This document shows positions 61,746-64,000 of a stretch of DNA of 64,000 bases, piece by piece. Where the stretch lies: NCBI RefSeq assembly GCF_028679125.1, contig NZ_JAJRCG010000004.1, forward strand, positions 83,017 through 147,016, written 5' to 3'. The notes below the pieces were generated by a model. The model was given only the letters and a program-made list of their open reading frames with translations. It ran no database searches and was not told the origin of the DNA. This stretch comes from Methanoregula sp. GTDB taxonomy: Archaea; Halobacteriota; Methanomicrobia; Methanomicrobiales; Methanospirillaceae. The position numbers and the translations under genes were made by a program. The first letter of the stretch is position 1. The number at the start of each line of letters is the position of its first letter.

Positions 61746-63560
61746 ATGGGCGATACGGGCAGTCCCTCATCGAAGATTATCAAATCACTCGGCCTCGTCT
61801 TTGGGGATATCGGGACAAGCCCCATCTACACGATCGGTGCCATCCTCCTCTTCCTGCTGCCCACCACCTTCAACATCTTCGGGCTCCTCTCCCTGGTCAC
61901 GTGGACCCTGCTCATCATCATCACGGTCCAGTACATCTGGCTCGCCATGTCGCTCTCCGACAAGGGGGAAGGGGGAACCATCGTGCTCAAGAATATCCTT
62001 GACACGCTGTTAACGCCCGGCATCGCCGCATCAGCGGTCTCCGTTCTCACAATCATCGGGGTCGCCCTGTTTATCGGCGATGGTGTGATCACACCCGCCA
62101 TCAGTATTCTCTCGGCCGTGGAAGGCATCCTGCTGATCCCGGGATTTGAGGGAATCGACCGGTTCGTCCTCCTGCTCATTGCAGCCTCTATCGCCATCGG
62201 GCTCTTTTATATCCAGCGCAGGGGAACCGATCGCGTTGCCTGGACCTTTGGTCCTGTCATGACGATATGGTTTTCGGCCCTTGCGGTTTTCGGCGTCATA
62301 TCCATCATCGGGGCCCCGCAGATCCTCTTTGCCTTAAGTCCCACCTATGCCATCGAGTTCATCCTCTACAATGGCTGGGCATCGCTCATCGTGATGTCTG
62401 CGGTTATCCTCTGCGTCACCGGGGGGGAGGCGCTCTATGCCGACATGGGTCACCTGGGCCGGGAACCGATCATCAAGGGCTGGGTCGTGGTCTTCCCGGC
62501 GCTCGTGCTCAACTATCTCGGACAGGGCGCCTTTGTCATCATGACCGGCGAGACCCATAATACCCTCTTTGCGATGATCAACCATATCAGCCCCTTCATC
62601 CTCATCCCGTTCCTCATCTTAAGTATCTGTGCCACGGTTATCGCATCGCAGGCCATGATCTCCGGCATGTTCTCCATCGTGTACCAGGGCATGATGACCC
62701 GGATCATCCCCAAGATGAGGGTCGAGTATACCTCCCCCGAACTCCGGTCCCAGATCTACATCGACGCTGTCAACTGGATGCTCCTTGGCGCCGTGCTGCT
62801 GGTGATCTTCGAGTTCCAGTCGTCGGAGAACCTCTCGTCCGCGTACGGCCTTGCCGTTTCGGGCTCGATGACGATCTCTGCTATCCTGATGACGATCATC
62901 TTCCTGAAGAAAGGCTCGCTGGGGAAGATGCTCATTGCCGGCGTCCTCATCCTGCTGGACACGATCTTCTTCATCTCAACGCTCCTGAAGATCCCGCACG
63001 GCGCCTACTGGTCGTTCTTTATCGCCATGATCCCGCTCATCGTCATTGTCACGTTCATTCTCGGCCAGGAGAAACTCCATACCCTGCTCAAACCGCTCCC
63101 GCTCGAGGAGTTCCTCCCCCGCTATCGTGAGTGTTACGCGAACCTGCACAAGATCCGGGGGACCGCGCTCTACTTTATCGGGGATATCCGGTATCCCTCT
63201 CCCTACCTCCCCCAGGTCTTCTTCCAGAACGAGATCATCTACGAGAACAATATCCTCGTCTCCATTGCCATCACCGAAAAACCGTTCGGGGTTTCTACGG
63301 ATTTCGACACGGGTGTAGCCCCCGGGCTCCATATCTTCCGCATCTCGTGCGGGTACATGGAGATCGTGGACGTGGTCAAGCTGTTGCAGGAGAAGGGAAT
63401 CGACGAGAAGACGATCTTCTATGGTATCGAGACCATCGTCTCCGACAAGGCCATCTGGAAGATCTATGGTCTCATCAAAAAGAACACGCCGCCGTTCATC
63501 CAGTTCTATTCCCTGCCCCCCGAGAAGATCCACGGCGTGGTGACAAGGGTCGTGATGTGA
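61746..63560 (+). CDS. kup: KUP/HAK/KT potassium transporter
   Basis: LGLVFGDIGTSPIY, GEGG, GDGVITPAISILSAVEG, TGGEALYADMGH. Confidence 0.97.
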   Translation: MGDTGSPSSKIIKSLGLVFGDIGTSPIYTIGAILLFLLPTTFNIFGLLSLVTWTLLIIITVQYIWLAMSLSDKGEGGTIVLKNILDTLLTPGIAASAVSVLTIIGVALFIGDGVITPAISILSAVEGILLIPGFEGIDRFVLLLIAASIAIGLFYIQRRGTDRVAWTFGPVMTIWFSALAVFGVISIIGAPQILFALSPTYAIEFILYNGWASLIVMSAVILCVTGGEALYADMGHLGREPIIKGWVVVFPALVLNYLGQGAFVIMTGETHNTLFAMINHISPFILIPFLILSICATVIASQAMISGMFSIVYQGMMTRIIPKMRVEYTSPELRSQIYIDAVNWMLLGAVLLVIFEFQSSENLSSAYGLAVSGSMTISAILMTIIFLKKGSLGKMLIAGVLILLDTIFFISTLLKIPHGAYWSFFIAMIPLIVIVTFILGQEKLHTLLKPLPLEEFLPRYRECYANLHKIRGTALYFIGDIRYPSPYLPQVFFQNEIIYENNILVSIAITEKPFGVSTDFDTGVAPGLHIFRISCGYMEIVDVVKLLQEKGIDEKTIFYGIETIVSDKAIWKIYGLIKKNTPPFIQFYSLPPEKIHGVVTRVVM

Positions 63561-63609
63561 TCCTGCGGTGATTTACAGGAACGATGCTGTACGGTTTCCC
63601 GATCCTGCC

Positions 63610-63756
63610 TTAAATGCAGCCCACTTGTTTTCCTGAATCTTCCTGAGGCAAGAGCGGCCACGGGCCGATGGCATTCCCGTGGCCGTCTGCCCGGACCCGG
63701 CGCATCGCCGTCTCTTCGTGGTTCTTGTTGCACACCGGCGTTGTGGATTCCGTCAT
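63610..63756 (-). CDS. Possible 48-aa hypothetical protein
   Basis: ATG start in an otherwise empty 300-bp gap; no motif. Confidence 0.25.
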   Translation of the reverse strand: MTESTTPVCNKNHEETAMRRVRADGHGNAIGPWPLLPQEDSGKQVGCI

Positions 63757-63888
63757 GGGTCTCTCTCCGCAATTACCCTCCCCTGATCCCTGCCGGCAGG
63801 TATGGGGATTGATCCCGTTTGTGCTATCTTTGATGCAACATTGATGTCGGGGGACGGTCAACAGGTAAAGCAGCAAACCGGGTGTTAT

Positions 63889-64000
63889 GTGGATGCCAGC
63901 ATCGTGATCCAGGGAGTCCTCGTCGGTCTCATCCTTGCCGTACCGGTCGGTCCCCTCTCCCTTATGTGTATCCGGAGGACCCTCTCGGAGGGCCGGCTCC
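63889..64000 (+). CDS. LysE family translocator, 5' part (truncated by the window edge)
   Basis: Manual translation from GTG 63889: MDASIVIQGVLVGLILAVPVGPLSLMCIRRTLSEGRL. Confidence 0.8.
   Translation, partial: MDASIVIQGVLVGLILAVPVGPLSLMCIRRTLSEGRL

Overview
Archaeal chromosomal DNA from a GC-rich hydrogenotrophic methanogen, most likely Methanomicrobiales (Methanoregula-like). The taxonomy is inferred from gene content (echA, tfrAB, archaeal ribC, rpl37e, Lsm, ZPR1, sepF) and was not searched. Most of the window is housekeeping: energy (echA 5' part, K+-independent hppA), purE/purM/purF, ribC/ribH, argC-CBS-argJ-argB, trpB2, acetate uptake plus acs, aspartate kinase, tfrAB, a redox/oxidative-stress cluster, tRNA-iMet, thioredoxin and kup. 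I saw no CRISPR array, rRNA, integrase or recognisable transposase. The most unusual signal is non-coding: a dispersed repeat with a ~100-165 bp structured core, in five copies plus one partial. Its stems are preserved by compensatory base changes, and in all six cases it points at the 3' end of a convergent gene. One copy lies inside 22-bp terminal inverted repeats, and another appears split around an AT-rich foreign gene. Two paralogous uncharacterised genes with an Hjc/PD-(D/E)XK-like fold sit at two of these loci, each beside an AT-rich gene. Together these may form an undescribed repeat/cargo mobile system (inference). Other points of interest are a stand-alone CARF-wHTH gene, an A10 run that could fuse two thioredoxin-fold ORFs into one Trx-Trx-CcdA protein, and a frameshifted methyltransferase. 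Many start codons were refined by eye relative to the ORF track.
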